This document shows, one piece after another, positions 1 to 9,416 of a stretch of 64,000 nt of DNA. The DNA lies in the IMG/VR virus record IMGVR_UViG_3300022744_000020, positions 1-64,000 of that record; one strand, written 5' to 3'. The position numbers and the translations under genes are program-made. How positions within the stretch are numbered: the stretch's first letter is position 1; the number at the start of each line of letters is the position of its first letter. The notes under the pieces were generated by a model that worked only from the letters and a program-made list of their open reading frames with translations, was not told where the DNA came from and did no database searches.

Positions 1-1299
1 TTGCGGCGCAATACCGATGATGCAATAAAAATGAACTCTTCACAAACCGCAGCGTCTCAGATTCACGTCTTCTATCAGCCTGCTCCGTCGTTATATCACA
101 TTCAAAGATCAAGCCCTAATGCGAAGGCCCACCGCCCTGCTGCCGTTGAGAATTCGGCGGCCTACACACGGATGGAGATTCTGTATCAGAACTACACGGG
201 TCAGCCTGTAACCGTTGCTGACCGTCGCGGCTTGACAACTAGGATTCCAACTCAGTTATGCGCGGGTCGTAGTGACTTTGTAATCATCCTTCGCTACACG
301 TTTTACGGCGACTGCAGCAAATCACTCATGGAGCAAATCGCTCATGTAGACCACGACTCAAGCCTGGAGATGAAGCAGATCAAGAAAGAACTCCAGGATT
401 TACCTAAAGGACAACAGAAAGCAATCTCGGTAGATATCACGTACGTGATTGAAGTCAAGGATTTGTCAGCTCCGTGTTATCATAGCACGACCGACCTCTT
501 GCTGACCAGAGCGTCTTGCGGTAAGAGTCCAGCACACCCCTACTGCTCTCGGTACGTGGACGCTTCTTCTCTAACAAACTCTAACCAGATCATGGCGACC
601 CCAGATCAGGCAGTGTTTGTTCGCTACCACAGCCGATCAAAGAAAGTCCGCTACATCAACCTCTTCGGAAGAACACTACAGCTTATCCCTAATCCTCAGG
701 TCGAAGCACCTGAGGATAGAAGGGAGAAAAACTCAGACGGTGGGATGTACATTTACTACCCAAAGAGAAACGCAGTAGGTGATCCAATCCCTGACGACAA
801 TGTGGCGTGGATGTACTACACTCTCGAAGAAGCTCGGGAGAAATTCCACATCTACGAGAGCATCCACGATGCAATGCAAGGCGGTACTGAGATTGAATTA
901 GCTGCTCGAAAAGAAGCCGAAAAACAAAAAGCTCACGATGATCTCGTGAGAGAACTTAAACGAGACACTGAAATACTTAAGACCCAGAATGCAGTTCAGG
1001 ATCAAATCTATCGAGACAGAGATGCTGAGCGGGAAGAACACCTCGCTAGAATTAGACGTCTTGAGTCCGAGAGAGAGGATCAGAGAAAGAAACAACTGGA
1101 CGAAGAAAAGAGGCAAGCCGAACTAGAAGCAATGCGATTAAAGCAACAGCGCGAACATTACGAACACCTAGCCAAAATGGAAGAGATGAGAAGAAAAGAC
1201 AAGTCTGACTCAATTAAGTTCTTCGCCACCTTGGTGGTAGCTGGTATCACACTGGTTACGGCCATCGTCAAACTGGTGCCTTCTGGGGGAAAGCCATAA
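1..1299 (+). CDS. Hypothetical protein with long charged coiled coil and C-terminal transmembrane anchor (start uncertain, may be truncated by the window edge)
   Basis: Open frame from position 1. E/K/R/Q-rich heptad region in the last third, then hydrophobic FFATLVVAGITLVTAIVKLV at the C-terminus. Lies immediately upstream of the gp123-like gene. Confidence 0.75.
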   Translation: MRRNTDDAIKMNSSQTAASQIHVFYQPAPSLYHIQRSSPNAKAHRPAAVENSAAYTRMEILYQNYTGQPVTVADRRGLTTRIPTQLCAGRSDFVIILRYTFYGDCSKSLMEQIAHVDHDSSLEMKQIKKELQDLPKGQQKAISVDITYVIEVKDLSAPCYHSTTDLLLTRASCGKSPAHPYCSRYVDASSLTNSNQIMATPDQAVFVRYHSRSKKVRYINLFGRTLQLIPNPQVEAPEDRREKNSDGGMYIYYPKRNAVGDPIPDDNVAWMYYTLEEAREKFHIYESIHDAMQGGTEIELAARKEAEKQKAHDDLVRELKRDTEILKTQNAVQDQIYRDRDAEREEHLARIRRLESEREDQRKKQLDEEKRQAELEAMRLKQQREHYEHLAKMEEMRRKDKSDSIKFFATLVVAGITLVTAIVKLVPSGGKP

Positions 1300-1369
1300 T
1301 AAATATAAGTCTGTGCAACATGTTCTGCTGTATAAACCCTTCTCGGACTAACGGTAGATCCCCAACACC

Positions 1370-2983
1370 ATGATTGATCCATTCCTTGTTGCGAAGATTG
1401 AGGCCAACACGCCAAAGATTAACCCTGACATCGGTCGAGGGTTGGCGGTAGTTCAGATGAAAGGGGCATTTGCTCATCTGGACCGGATAATCCGAATAGC
1501 GGCACGAGATTTCCCGCCGGGATTCACCTACGACAAACTGGAGATCGTCTCTCCGGAGCGTGAGCTCAACGCAGTCGTGGTGAAAAAGCCAGGTCGTCGG
1601 ATACACGACGTGGCTCGTAAGAACATGCGAGTGCTTTCTGTGCAGATGAGTCTGCATGGTCAGCCCCTGCCTGAGCGATTCATTCAAGTACCCTTCGTCG
1701 AAGACGGCGGGCTTACCAACATCAACGGCAGTTACTACACCGTCTCTCCGGTTCTTTCTGATCCGATCGTCTCGATCTCGGAAGACCTGGTGTTTGTGAG
1801 GCTCCTCAAGGCCAAACTCACCTTCGAGAGAATGCCGTTTGCATACTTCATCAACGACCCAGTAAAAATCAGAAAGACTGAATCGGTACAGATCGTCCAC
1901 TCCAGCATCTACAACAAGAAAACTCCAACCACAGGAGAAACCATCAAGGCGCAATGTACCTTGATGCACTACTTGCTCTGTAAGTTTGGCTACACCCAGA
2001 CGTTCAAGCAGTATGCGGGCGTTGTCCCGATCATCGGCGGATCAGAAATTAACGACACCAACTATCCAATAGAAGAGTGGGTGATCGCTGAAGGAGCAGG
2101 AAACAAAAACCGAAGACCCGGAATGCCAGTCCCGGTGGTGCGCGTAGCAATTCGAAGAGCTGAGTACACCCCGGCTCTTCGATACTTCATAGGTGGTCTG
2201 TTTTACATCGTTGAGAAGTTTGCGACGAAGATTGATGTTGCCTACGTCGACGACACCAACATGTGGAAGAGATTCCTGGGGGAGATCATCTGGTCACCAG
2301 AAGTAGCAGCAGGCCGACTGATCAGTGATGTGAGGGAACACCTTGCATCACTAGACGAGTACGTGGACCCGGACACGCAGATCAAACTGCATGAGTCTGG
2401 ATTCATTTGCTCAAACCTGTACGATCTATTTGCCATCATCATCGTGGAGTTCGATACCCGAACCCTTGATTCTGATGACGCTGCAGCATCTTGCTATGGG
2501 AAAGTGTTGGACGTGATCAATTACGTCCTCTACGACATCACGGCGGGGTTCTTCAAATTGTACTTCAAGCTCAAAGCAAAAGGTGCAGAGATCACGTACC
2601 GGGAAGCAGAGGCTGCGATTGCAAGCACCGTTAGGACTGGTGCCGCTTTCCGACTTCACCGAACCCACGGAGAAGTTGCCACACACAGTTGCTCGAGTGC
2701 TGTGATGCCGTTCAAAGTCACGGCCATGATGGTCCCTCAGCAAAAGTCCACGAAGTCACCCTCCAGGGGAGGAGACCGTGGAGCAGATCAGGATCCGTCT
2801 TCACTTCGGCACGCCACCCTGCCAGTAGTTGGTCAGTTAGCTGGCCCCAAATCTGGCCCCAATGGACGACACCGAGTATCGCCCTTTCTTCGACTTACCC
2901 CTACTGGGAAGATCATTGAGAATCCTGAGATTGCGGATCTTCTCAAACGAACCCAAGACACGCTGACGAAAAAGATGACATGA
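1370..2983 (+). CDS. Non-virion RNA polymerase beta-like subunit, N-terminal part (phiKZ gp123 homologue)
   Basis: 537 aa. N-terminus MIDPFL..KIEANTPKINP..GLAV and INGSYYTVSPVLSD...KLTF match gp123 as recalled (MPDPFLIEKIRENTP..., INGAKYIGSPVLTD...KLTF). Confidence 0.88.
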   Translation: MIDPFLVAKIEANTPKINPDIGRGLAVVQMKGAFAHLDRIIRIAARDFPPGFTYDKLEIVSPERELNAVVVKKPGRRIHDVARKNMRVLSVQMSLHGQPLPERFIQVPFVEDGGLTNINGSYYTVSPVLSDPIVSISEDLVFVRLLKAKLTFERMPFAYFINDPVKIRKTESVQIVHSSIYNKKTPTTGETIKAQCTLMHYLLCKFGYTQTFKQYAGVVPIIGGSEINDTNYPIEEWVIAEGAGNKNRRPGMPVPVVRVAIRRAEYTPALRYFIGGLFYIVEKFATKIDVAYVDDTNMWKRFLGEIIWSPEVAAGRLISDVREHLASLDEYVDPDTQIKLHESGFICSNLYDLFAIIIVEFDTRTLDSDDAAASCYGKVLDVINYVLYDITAGFFKLYFKLKAKGAEITYREAEAAIASTVRTGAAFRLHRTHGEVATHSCSSAVMPFKVTAMMVPQQKSTKSPSRGGDRGADQDPSSLRHATLPVVGQLAGPKSGPNGRHRVSPFLRLTPTGKIIENPEIADLLKRTQDTLTKKMT

Positions 2984-5900
2984 CACCCATTTCCATCCCG
3001 AGTCCTCCCGTCGTTTTTGAGCCGACTGAATTATCGGCCGTATTCGGAGAAGGAGAGTATCGGTTTGGTAGCAAGGAAGAAGTGCAGCAACACAAGCCCT
3101 TCTTCCAGCAGGATAAAAATCGTCCGGTTAACCGCGATTTCCTGCAGCGTCTGGAAAACCGATACGACGTCGTCGGAGACAACGGCATGCGCACACCCGG
3201 TCTGCGACAATACGAACTCAACCCAATCAGTCAAGCTACAGGACACTACTTCCCCAGAATAAATCACATCAACACCAAAGACTTCTTGGACCCCGACTCC
3301 ATTGTTCCGGGATCCTATCTGGACATGTCTTTCCAGTGCAATGCGGTGCTGGAAGATGAAAACATCAACATTCGAGATCACTTACCGCAGTTCATACAAA
3401 CGGACCTGACCCAGCACCCGCTGATTCAGCTTGCTGCCCACTACTGCAGCCAATACACACAACAGGTAGATTACGACAAAATCGTTCTGGCGGACAACAT
3501 TGCAAAGCGATGGACCGCTAATTTTGCCACGGCAGTGACGCGCTCGGCAGTATCCCGGTGGATGCAAATCCCTGAGAACTTCTTGCTGTTCAACCAAGTG
3601 GCCTACTGGTGTAGTATTTATTACTGCACGAAAAACGGAAAAGGAGATTTCCTCGCCCATTGCGACGATGCTGCGCTGTGGACCTACAAGCTGTTCGAAA
3701 AGATATTCCTTCAACAAAGCCCCCAAGTCTGCGAAATAATTCTTCGTAAAGATTTGGTGTACTACATCCGCAACTTTCAGGATTCAGTTAACGAACTAGG
3801 AACAATTCTCACCCACCTCAGCAAAATAATCCCGGAGGCTAACCAAGCTTTAACAAACCCAATTGAAATAAAGGTCAGACCGCATCTTTGCCCGAAAGAC
3901 TACGATCCGCATATTTACAACATGCTGGAGATGGTCAAAGAAGGCACCGTTGAGAAATACATCTCCAGCGATGATTGGACCCCAAAGAACTCTCAAGCAC
4001 AACTCGTTACCGTCTTACAGCAAGCCTTGGATCAGCGATACCGCTATCCAATTCCTCTGGACTATTTGTACTGGAAAAGAAAACTAGACGAACAAGAAAG
4101 CAGCGCAGTACAGGAATCTTTCGTTTGCAAAAACATCGAACCTAAAGGAGATGTAGACCCAGCTCTTCGATTCATTCAAACCGAACAGAACAATCTCATC
4201 CCAGGATATCCGGAACCCACTACCGCGCCTGGAAACTTCTTTGGTCATTGGCTACCTTACAAAGGAACTTACTTTTACGATCGTCTGGCTAACGCCTACA
4301 ACCCGGCTAATTGCTATAGCATCGTCTCGAGCAACGGAAGGATTTTTGACAGACACGGAAATGAATTAGAGTTCCATCGGATCGCACCAGAGCACTATCT
4401 GGCACGACTCCTGAATGGACAAAATAAGTTTTTGCCCATCATCATCGGGGGAGGACACCCCAACGATGGACAGACCTGCGAAAAACCACATCTTCCAAAC
4501 TACATTCCTGAGGAAAACAGCATGCATGGACTCACGCCATTCCACAACGGCAGCAACGGCTCTGGTTTTGGGCTCGTTCAACGCCCCACCCATCAACCTC
4601 TGATCCAAGGCAATGGCTTTGGAGTAGGTTCGCAACAAATTCAACAGCAGCAACAACCTGCCGCTGCGATGATTTACGGTTACGACGTTTCCGGAAATCG
4701 TCAACCCATCTCGATTGCTGAGGCTGCCCACGTGTGGCGTACCTCGAATGGCCAAGCGCAGTTCTATCACGAGAACAACGAGCCTGTGTCTTTTGGATAC
4801 AATGCTCAAGGTCAGGTCGTGATGGCCCAACCAGTCGCACGGGTGCAAAGCACCGTCGGCTTCGGACGCCCGAATGCCGCTTCGACTGTGGGGTTTGGTA
4901 CGGCGGCGAGTTCCTCGTTTGGCACCGCCACTGCGTTCAATCGCAGCACAGTTTCGGCCGCGATTCCCAACCACACTTTCCAAGTCGCGCAGGAAGGTGA
5001 CGGTCTTGGCAGTCGCAGGCTGGATCCTTCGAACCCCGCAAGCTTTGCACTCACCATGGGTCGCCGAGCTGCTGCAGCACGTGCCGCTCAAACACAGGAA
5101 GCCACTCCGGCGGCAGCCCCTCAAGCAACTCAGCAACACCGACCGTTGCCCAATACGGCCTCACTCGTGAGCAGTCTGGTAGCACGTCACCCGACGACGG
5201 CACTGCCGGCCGCGACTCCTGCTCCAGCGCCCCAGCCGGCACCCAAGCCGGCTGCCCAGCCTGCAAAAGAGATCGACGTGATGGCCGATCTGGATCTGGA
5301 TCGTCAAGCTTTCTACGTCAATGAAAGCGCACTCTACCATCCGGTTCTGGACAAGTCGCGTTTTCGTCTGGGCATCAAGGTCAAAGCAGGCGTGGCCAAG
5401 AAGATCATGGCCTATCCGTTGGATGCAGATGAGCAGGCTGACTGGCAGATCGAACACCCGTGGCATCGTCGTGGGGCTGGTGACGCGATCGCAGATTCTC
5501 TTCGCAAGTCTGGCATCGTCGGACTTCCCGACAAGGTTGTGGATGGTGAAGGGGTTTCGGAAGATACACCAGACTACTCCGGTCCTGGGGAAGAAGAAGC
5601 GGAGAACCAGCGCCTGGCTGAGGAGAAGGATGTTTCGCGAGACACTTCGGGCGCTGTGCTGTCCCAGACCACCATCGGCTCTTCCATCGACGACGTGTTT
5701 GCTCGGCTTGATCACAAGCTCAGTCGTTCCGGAACTAAGGAAGCCGGATTCATCGGAGCCGTCGGCGAAGTGTTCGACAAAATCAAGCCGGTCCTGCTTC
5801 GCTCGCGTACGGAATCGGACCTCCTGGGCACGTGGGCTCTGGCCAAGGACCTGAATCAGCTCGCTCAGCATCTCATGGTCAGCCGCCTGCGAATGAAGGA

Positions 5901-6537
5901 CAAAGCACACTTCAGTCACACCCTGATCCAACTCATCACGACGGCCAATCAGGCCATGACCAAGGCAGTCAACGATCTGCTCAAGCGAATCAACAGCCCG
6001 ATCACCATCTCCGATTTCATGCTCGACATGCTGGACCTCACGGCCGCTGTTCGTCGAGATCATGGACAAGAGATTCTCGACCTGATGGAAGGACTTAGCC
6101 AAGAAACCATCGAGCGTGGTCTCGATCACATCAACACCCGTACGGATGAGCGTGCTGCAGCATACATCTCCAGCGTCGTGCCTGACCGCGCACATGACGA
6201 TCCTGAAAACCCCACGCAGGTGATCCTGCTGCGCGAACGCCAAGTGTGCGTTTCGGTGAACGCAACCTCTGAAGACCTGGGCATTCAAGACTGGGCCGAA
6301 AAGAGCGGCGGTGGCCACGCCGTTGGACGCACTCTGGACGTTAACGCCAAACTCGCCAGCGCTGGCCTGCGTGCCCTGGCTCGCGTTTACGGCAACTACG
6401 TCCATGACGTGGACGGCCGTCCCGGCATGCTGCTCAAGACCATCGATCAGCAATACTACAAACTCATTTCTGACAAGGATGACGAAGAAGGAAATCCGCG
6501 CTGGTATTCGATGTGGTGCGTGACGGGTCAGGTCTGA
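2980..6537 (+). CDS. Large hypothetical protein with central low-complexity Q/A/S/G region bearing FG motifs; possible internal start at 4522
   Basis: 1185-aa ORF with an ATGA overlap on the nvRNAP gene. GAGGA lies 7 nt before an in-frame ATG at 4522. Confidence 0.75.
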   Translation: MTPISIPSPPVVFEPTELSAVFGEGEYRFGSKEEVQQHKPFFQQDKNRPVNRDFLQRLENRYDVVGDNGMRTPGLRQYELNPISQATGHYFPRINHINTKDFLDPDSIVPGSYLDMSFQCNAVLEDENINIRDHLPQFIQTDLTQHPLIQLAAHYCSQYTQQVDYDKIVLADNIAKRWTANFATAVTRSAVSRWMQIPENFLLFNQVAYWCSIYYCTKNGKGDFLAHCDDAALWTYKLFEKIFLQQSPQVCEIILRKDLVYYIRNFQDSVNELGTILTHLSKIIPEANQALTNPIEIKVRPHLCPKDYDPHIYNMLEMVKEGTVEKYISSDDWTPKNSQAQLVTVLQQALDQRYRYPIPLDYLYWKRKLDEQESSAVQESFVCKNIEPKGDVDPALRFIQTEQNNLIPGYPEPTTAPGNFFGHWLPYKGTYFYDRLANAYNPANCYSIVSSNGRIFDRHGNELEFHRIAPEHYLARLLNGQNKFLPIIIGGGHPNDGQTCEKPHLPNYIPEENSMHGLTPFHNGSNGSGFGLVQRPTHQPLIQGNGFGVGSQQIQQQQQPAAAMIYGYDVSGNRQPISIAEAAHVWRTSNGQAQFYHENNEPVSFGYNAQGQVVMAQPVARVQSTVGFGRPNAASTVGFGTAASSSFGTATAFNRSTVSAAIPNHTFQVAQEGDGLGSRRLDPSNPASFALTMGRRAAAARAAQTQEATPAAAPQATQQHRPLPNTASLVSSLVARHPTTALPAATPAPAPQPAPKPAAQPAKEIDVMADLDLDRQAFYVNESALYHPVLDKSRFRLGIKVKAGVAKKIMAYPLDADEQADWQIEHPWHRRGAGDAIADSLRKSGIVGLPDKVVDGEGVSEDTPDYSGPGEEEAENQRLAEEKDVSRDTSGAVLSQTTIGSSIDDVFARLDHKLSRSGTKEAGFIGAVGEVFDKIKPVLLRSRTESDLLGTWALAKDLNQLAQHLMVSRLRMKDKAHFSHTLIQLITTANQAMTKAVNDLLKRINSPITISDFMLDMLDLTAAVRRDHGQEILDLMEGLSQETIERGLDHINTRTDERAAAYISSVVPDRAHDDPENPTQVILLRERQVCVSVNATSEDLGIQDWAEKSGGGHAVGRTLDVNAKLASAGLRALARVYGNYVHDVDGRPGMLLKTIDQQYYKLISDKDDEEGNPRWYSMWCVTGQV

Positions 6538-6582
6538 TCCTCCTCCTGCAATAATCCAGTTTCTTTAATCAACATAACAAAG

Positions 6583-6630
6583 AGGAAGGATCCCCGATGG
6601 GGATCCTTCCTGCTTCTTCTTTTTTTTTTT
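6583..6630. terminator. Bidirectional intrinsic terminator
   Basis: 13-bp stem AGGAAGGATCCCC/GGGGATCCTTCCT (6583-6611) followed by a T run to 6630, between convergent genes. Confidence 0.8.
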
Positions 6631-9373
6631 ATTTGTCAGGAACGGGCTCGGGCTCCAGTTCCGGCTCCCCATCGGGATTATCAGGATTCTCACCACCCGC
6701 AGCAGACTCGGGATTCTCACCCCCAGCATCGAGCGGGTCGGTACCGGTGAGGTCATCGCCACCACCCGCGTCCATCCCAAAATCTTCGCCACCACCGTCA
6801 CCGGTGTCGTCGGTAGTGGATGAGAAATCAGTTCCAGAATCAGAGGTGCCTCCATCAGCCCCCAGCTTTTCCAGATCCTTGTCAGCGGCGTTGGCCATGT
6901 CCTTGGTCTTCGAAATGATCTTCACACAAGAACGAATCACCGCCTCCAGATGTTCAGAGGTTTCATCGATCACGTTGATCATTGGTTGGCCATCATCATC
7001 CTTACTCGTCAGATCCGACAGTTCAGGAAGGATGCCCTTCTTGGCCATGTACCGGCGCATGTAGTACGCTTTGACCATTGCTCGAATGGTACCGACTTGG
7101 CCGGAGATGGTTCCGGCGTTCTCGCTCGTCGCCAACTGATCACTGATGTGATGATCAATACCAGCGTCCAGAAGATCCGAGTAATTGCGCAGTAGCTGCA
7201 ACTGATTTTCCAGAGTGACCGACGGCGGCCGGGGAAGTGCCACCTCCAAATTCCACAGGAATTCATTCAGTGACCGATTGACCAGCAGGATTTTTTTCGA
7301 CTCTTCCGGGAGTTGGGAATATTGCGGGAAGCTGGATTCGTCGATCTGAAGCTTGACCTGATCGATTTTCTCCAGGACCAAATCCTTTAAAGAATCCACG
7401 AACGACTGATCGTAGGCCATGACTTTGCGCATTCGATCAGACAACTGAGGACAAAACACATCTTGGTAACCCATGATGCGCTTGCCGTACATGATCGAGC
7501 GCGCCGCTACCGAAGTAGCAACCTCACCGGAAAAACCCTCCTTGATCTGCTCCGGACTCATCCCGAAGTTGTAAGCCGACATCTTCTCCAGATTCTCCGA
7601 CAACGAGGAGTCTGGTTTCGTGTAAGAAGAGTTTGTCTGCTCAAAGGTGTACTTGATGTCCGGAATGGCCGTGTTGCCACTGATCTCCCACTCATAACCC
7701 AGTCGCTGGATCATGTCCACAGCATCTTGAGGATGAGCGATGGATCTTGGCAGTGTGAAGTTTCGAGTACGGAAAATCTCATCGATGGATTCTTCGATGG
7801 TTTGCTCCGGATTCGGATCGTGCTCAGGCACGTTCATGCTGACTCGCGTCCGAGGCGTAGAGTTCTTAATCCCGGTCAGGAGATCATTGAACAGAACGAC
7901 CGAACGCATCATGTTCAGGGTGGAGATGTTGTCCACCAAGCTTTTGCCATTGCCGTCATCGTCGTATCGGAAGGCGATGTAGCTCAGATACTCCGCGGGA
8001 ATATAAAGAACTTGTGTGAACTTGTTCTCGTTGGCCCGCGCCATCATCACCTGATAAAAGTGCGAATTGCTCGAGATCTCGACACTTCCACCGTGCACGC
8101 CGTTCTTGATTCGATTGATCCAATCCTTTTCAATCAGATCTCCCCAAATCCGAGTGATGGTCTCCACCTGCATCCGATTACCCGGATTATACGTGCCGCC
8201 CATCCCTAAGTTTGCATGGATGCGAGCCATCACGTTGGTTTGATTTCCACCGCTCTGGTACGTTCCCAGCGTGTTTTGATTCAGGATGTCGTTGTTCTCG
8301 ATGCGGATCGGATAACCTTCAGCATCCAACAGAACAAAAGCACCCACGCGCTTTTGATAGTCCCCAGGACTATGAACCACCGTGATCGATTCAGAGGGTA
8401 GATCAAGCGTCATCGGCTTACCGATGAAGGATCTGCGCATCTCCGACTGCTTCTTGATGCTGACAACTGGCTCATTACCACGAGCCGTCCCAGTACGAAG
8501 ATGTTTTTCCACCAGTTCATCAGCCAGATCTGAGAAAGCCTCCAAACCCTGAGAGCGCATTTGTCTCATGGTGGCTTTTCGAACAGATTGCTGACGGATC
8601 TTATCGTGCACCTTCGGGATTTTCAACACCGAGATGTTGTCCGTCATGACGATGCAGTCCATGTACCAGGACTTACTGGAAGCAGTCTCCTCCCCCAGAT
8701 AAAGTCTTTTCTCCACACGCTCAGGATCGCTCACCGCGTGAAAAGCTTCGATCGACAAACCCCTGACTTTTTCCTTCTTCGAATCCGTCGGACTGCCAAG
8801 AACCCCAACGTTGCGCATGAGTCCTTTATCGTCCACAATAAAAGACAGCGATTCGTTCGAGATATACCGATCTCCATTGATCAAATCATCCACTGCGTTC
8901 TCAGGGATAATCGCCAATGCATCGCAACCTTTGTCGATCAGAGCCTTGCGAAGGATCTCCGGCAACATCGGCTTTATCTTGTAGTCGGTTTCGAAATACT
9001 CTGTGATTCGGTTAATCAAAGAAGCCGTCAGCTCGGAAGAGAAGACAGTTTTAGGTCCCGAATAAGTCAGCTCCGTGGTACCCATGTCCACTGGAGACAA
9101 AATAGAAGCGATTGTAGTGGCCGCCGCCATTTCCAAGTCGGGCAGCAACTCCATCGCCATCTTGGTGTTGGCGTTGCGGCTGGCACGACGTTCGGGTGCG
9201 GCTTTCAGCAAATTCGCATCGAACACCCCATTCTTGCGATTCCCGTGCTGGTCCCTCGTCGGGGGGCGTTTCGTCGACGCCGTAGCCTTAGAGACCAAAC
9301 TAGCCGTCAGGGGATCGGCCTTAACCAGGTCAAACACCTGGAAAGTTACCTTGTTTGCTGGTTTTAATTGCAT
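6629..9373 (-). CDS. Portal protein (phiKZ gp129 homologue)
   Basis: 914 aa with the MELLPDLEMA...ASILSP motif and an acidic Gly/Asp C-terminal tail. Divergent from a gp128-like gene. Confidence 0.75.
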   Translation of the reverse strand: MQLKPANKVTFQVFDLVKADPLTASLVSKATASTKRPPTRDQHGNRKNGVFDANLLKAAPERRASRNANTKMAMELLPDLEMAAATTIASILSPVDMGTTELTYSGPKTVFSSELTASLINRITEYFETDYKIKPMLPEILRKALIDKGCDALAIIPENAVDDLINGDRYISNESLSFIVDDKGLMRNVGVLGSPTDSKKEKVRGLSIEAFHAVSDPERVEKRLYLGEETASSKSWYMDCIVMTDNISVLKIPKVHDKIRQQSVRKATMRQMRSQGLEAFSDLADELVEKHLRTGTARGNEPVVSIKKQSEMRRSFIGKPMTLDLPSESITVVHSPGDYQKRVGAFVLLDAEGYPIRIENNDILNQNTLGTYQSGGNQTNVMARIHANLGMGGTYNPGNRMQVETITRIWGDLIEKDWINRIKNGVHGGSVEISSNSHFYQVMMARANENKFTQVLYIPAEYLSYIAFRYDDDGNGKSLVDNISTLNMMRSVVLFNDLLTGIKNSTPRTRVSMNVPEHDPNPEQTIEESIDEIFRTRNFTLPRSIAHPQDAVDMIQRLGYEWEISGNTAIPDIKYTFEQTNSSYTKPDSSLSENLEKMSAYNFGMSPEQIKEGFSGEVATSVAARSIMYGKRIMGYQDVFCPQLSDRMRKVMAYDQSFVDSLKDLVLEKIDQVKLQIDESSFPQYSQLPEESKKILLVNRSLNEFLWNLEVALPRPPSVTLENQLQLLRNYSDLLDAGIDHHISDQLATSENAGTISGQVGTIRAMVKAYYMRRYMAKKGILPELSDLTSKDDDGQPMINVIDETSEHLEAVIRSCVKIISKTKDMANAADKDLEKLGADGGTSDSGTDFSSTTDDTGDGGGEDFGMDAGGGDDLTGTDPLDAGGENPESAAGGENPDNPDGEPELEPEPVPDK

Positions 9374-9416
9374 TTGTTTCTCACTTGCCGCAGATGTGGA
9401 AGATGGAGCCTTTTAA

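Noticed and set aside
6565-7064. Short ORFs 6565-6855 (-) and 6597-7064 (+)
   Set aside because: They overlap the portal's low-complexity tail and the terminator; the poly-Lys/Phe runs derive from the T tract.
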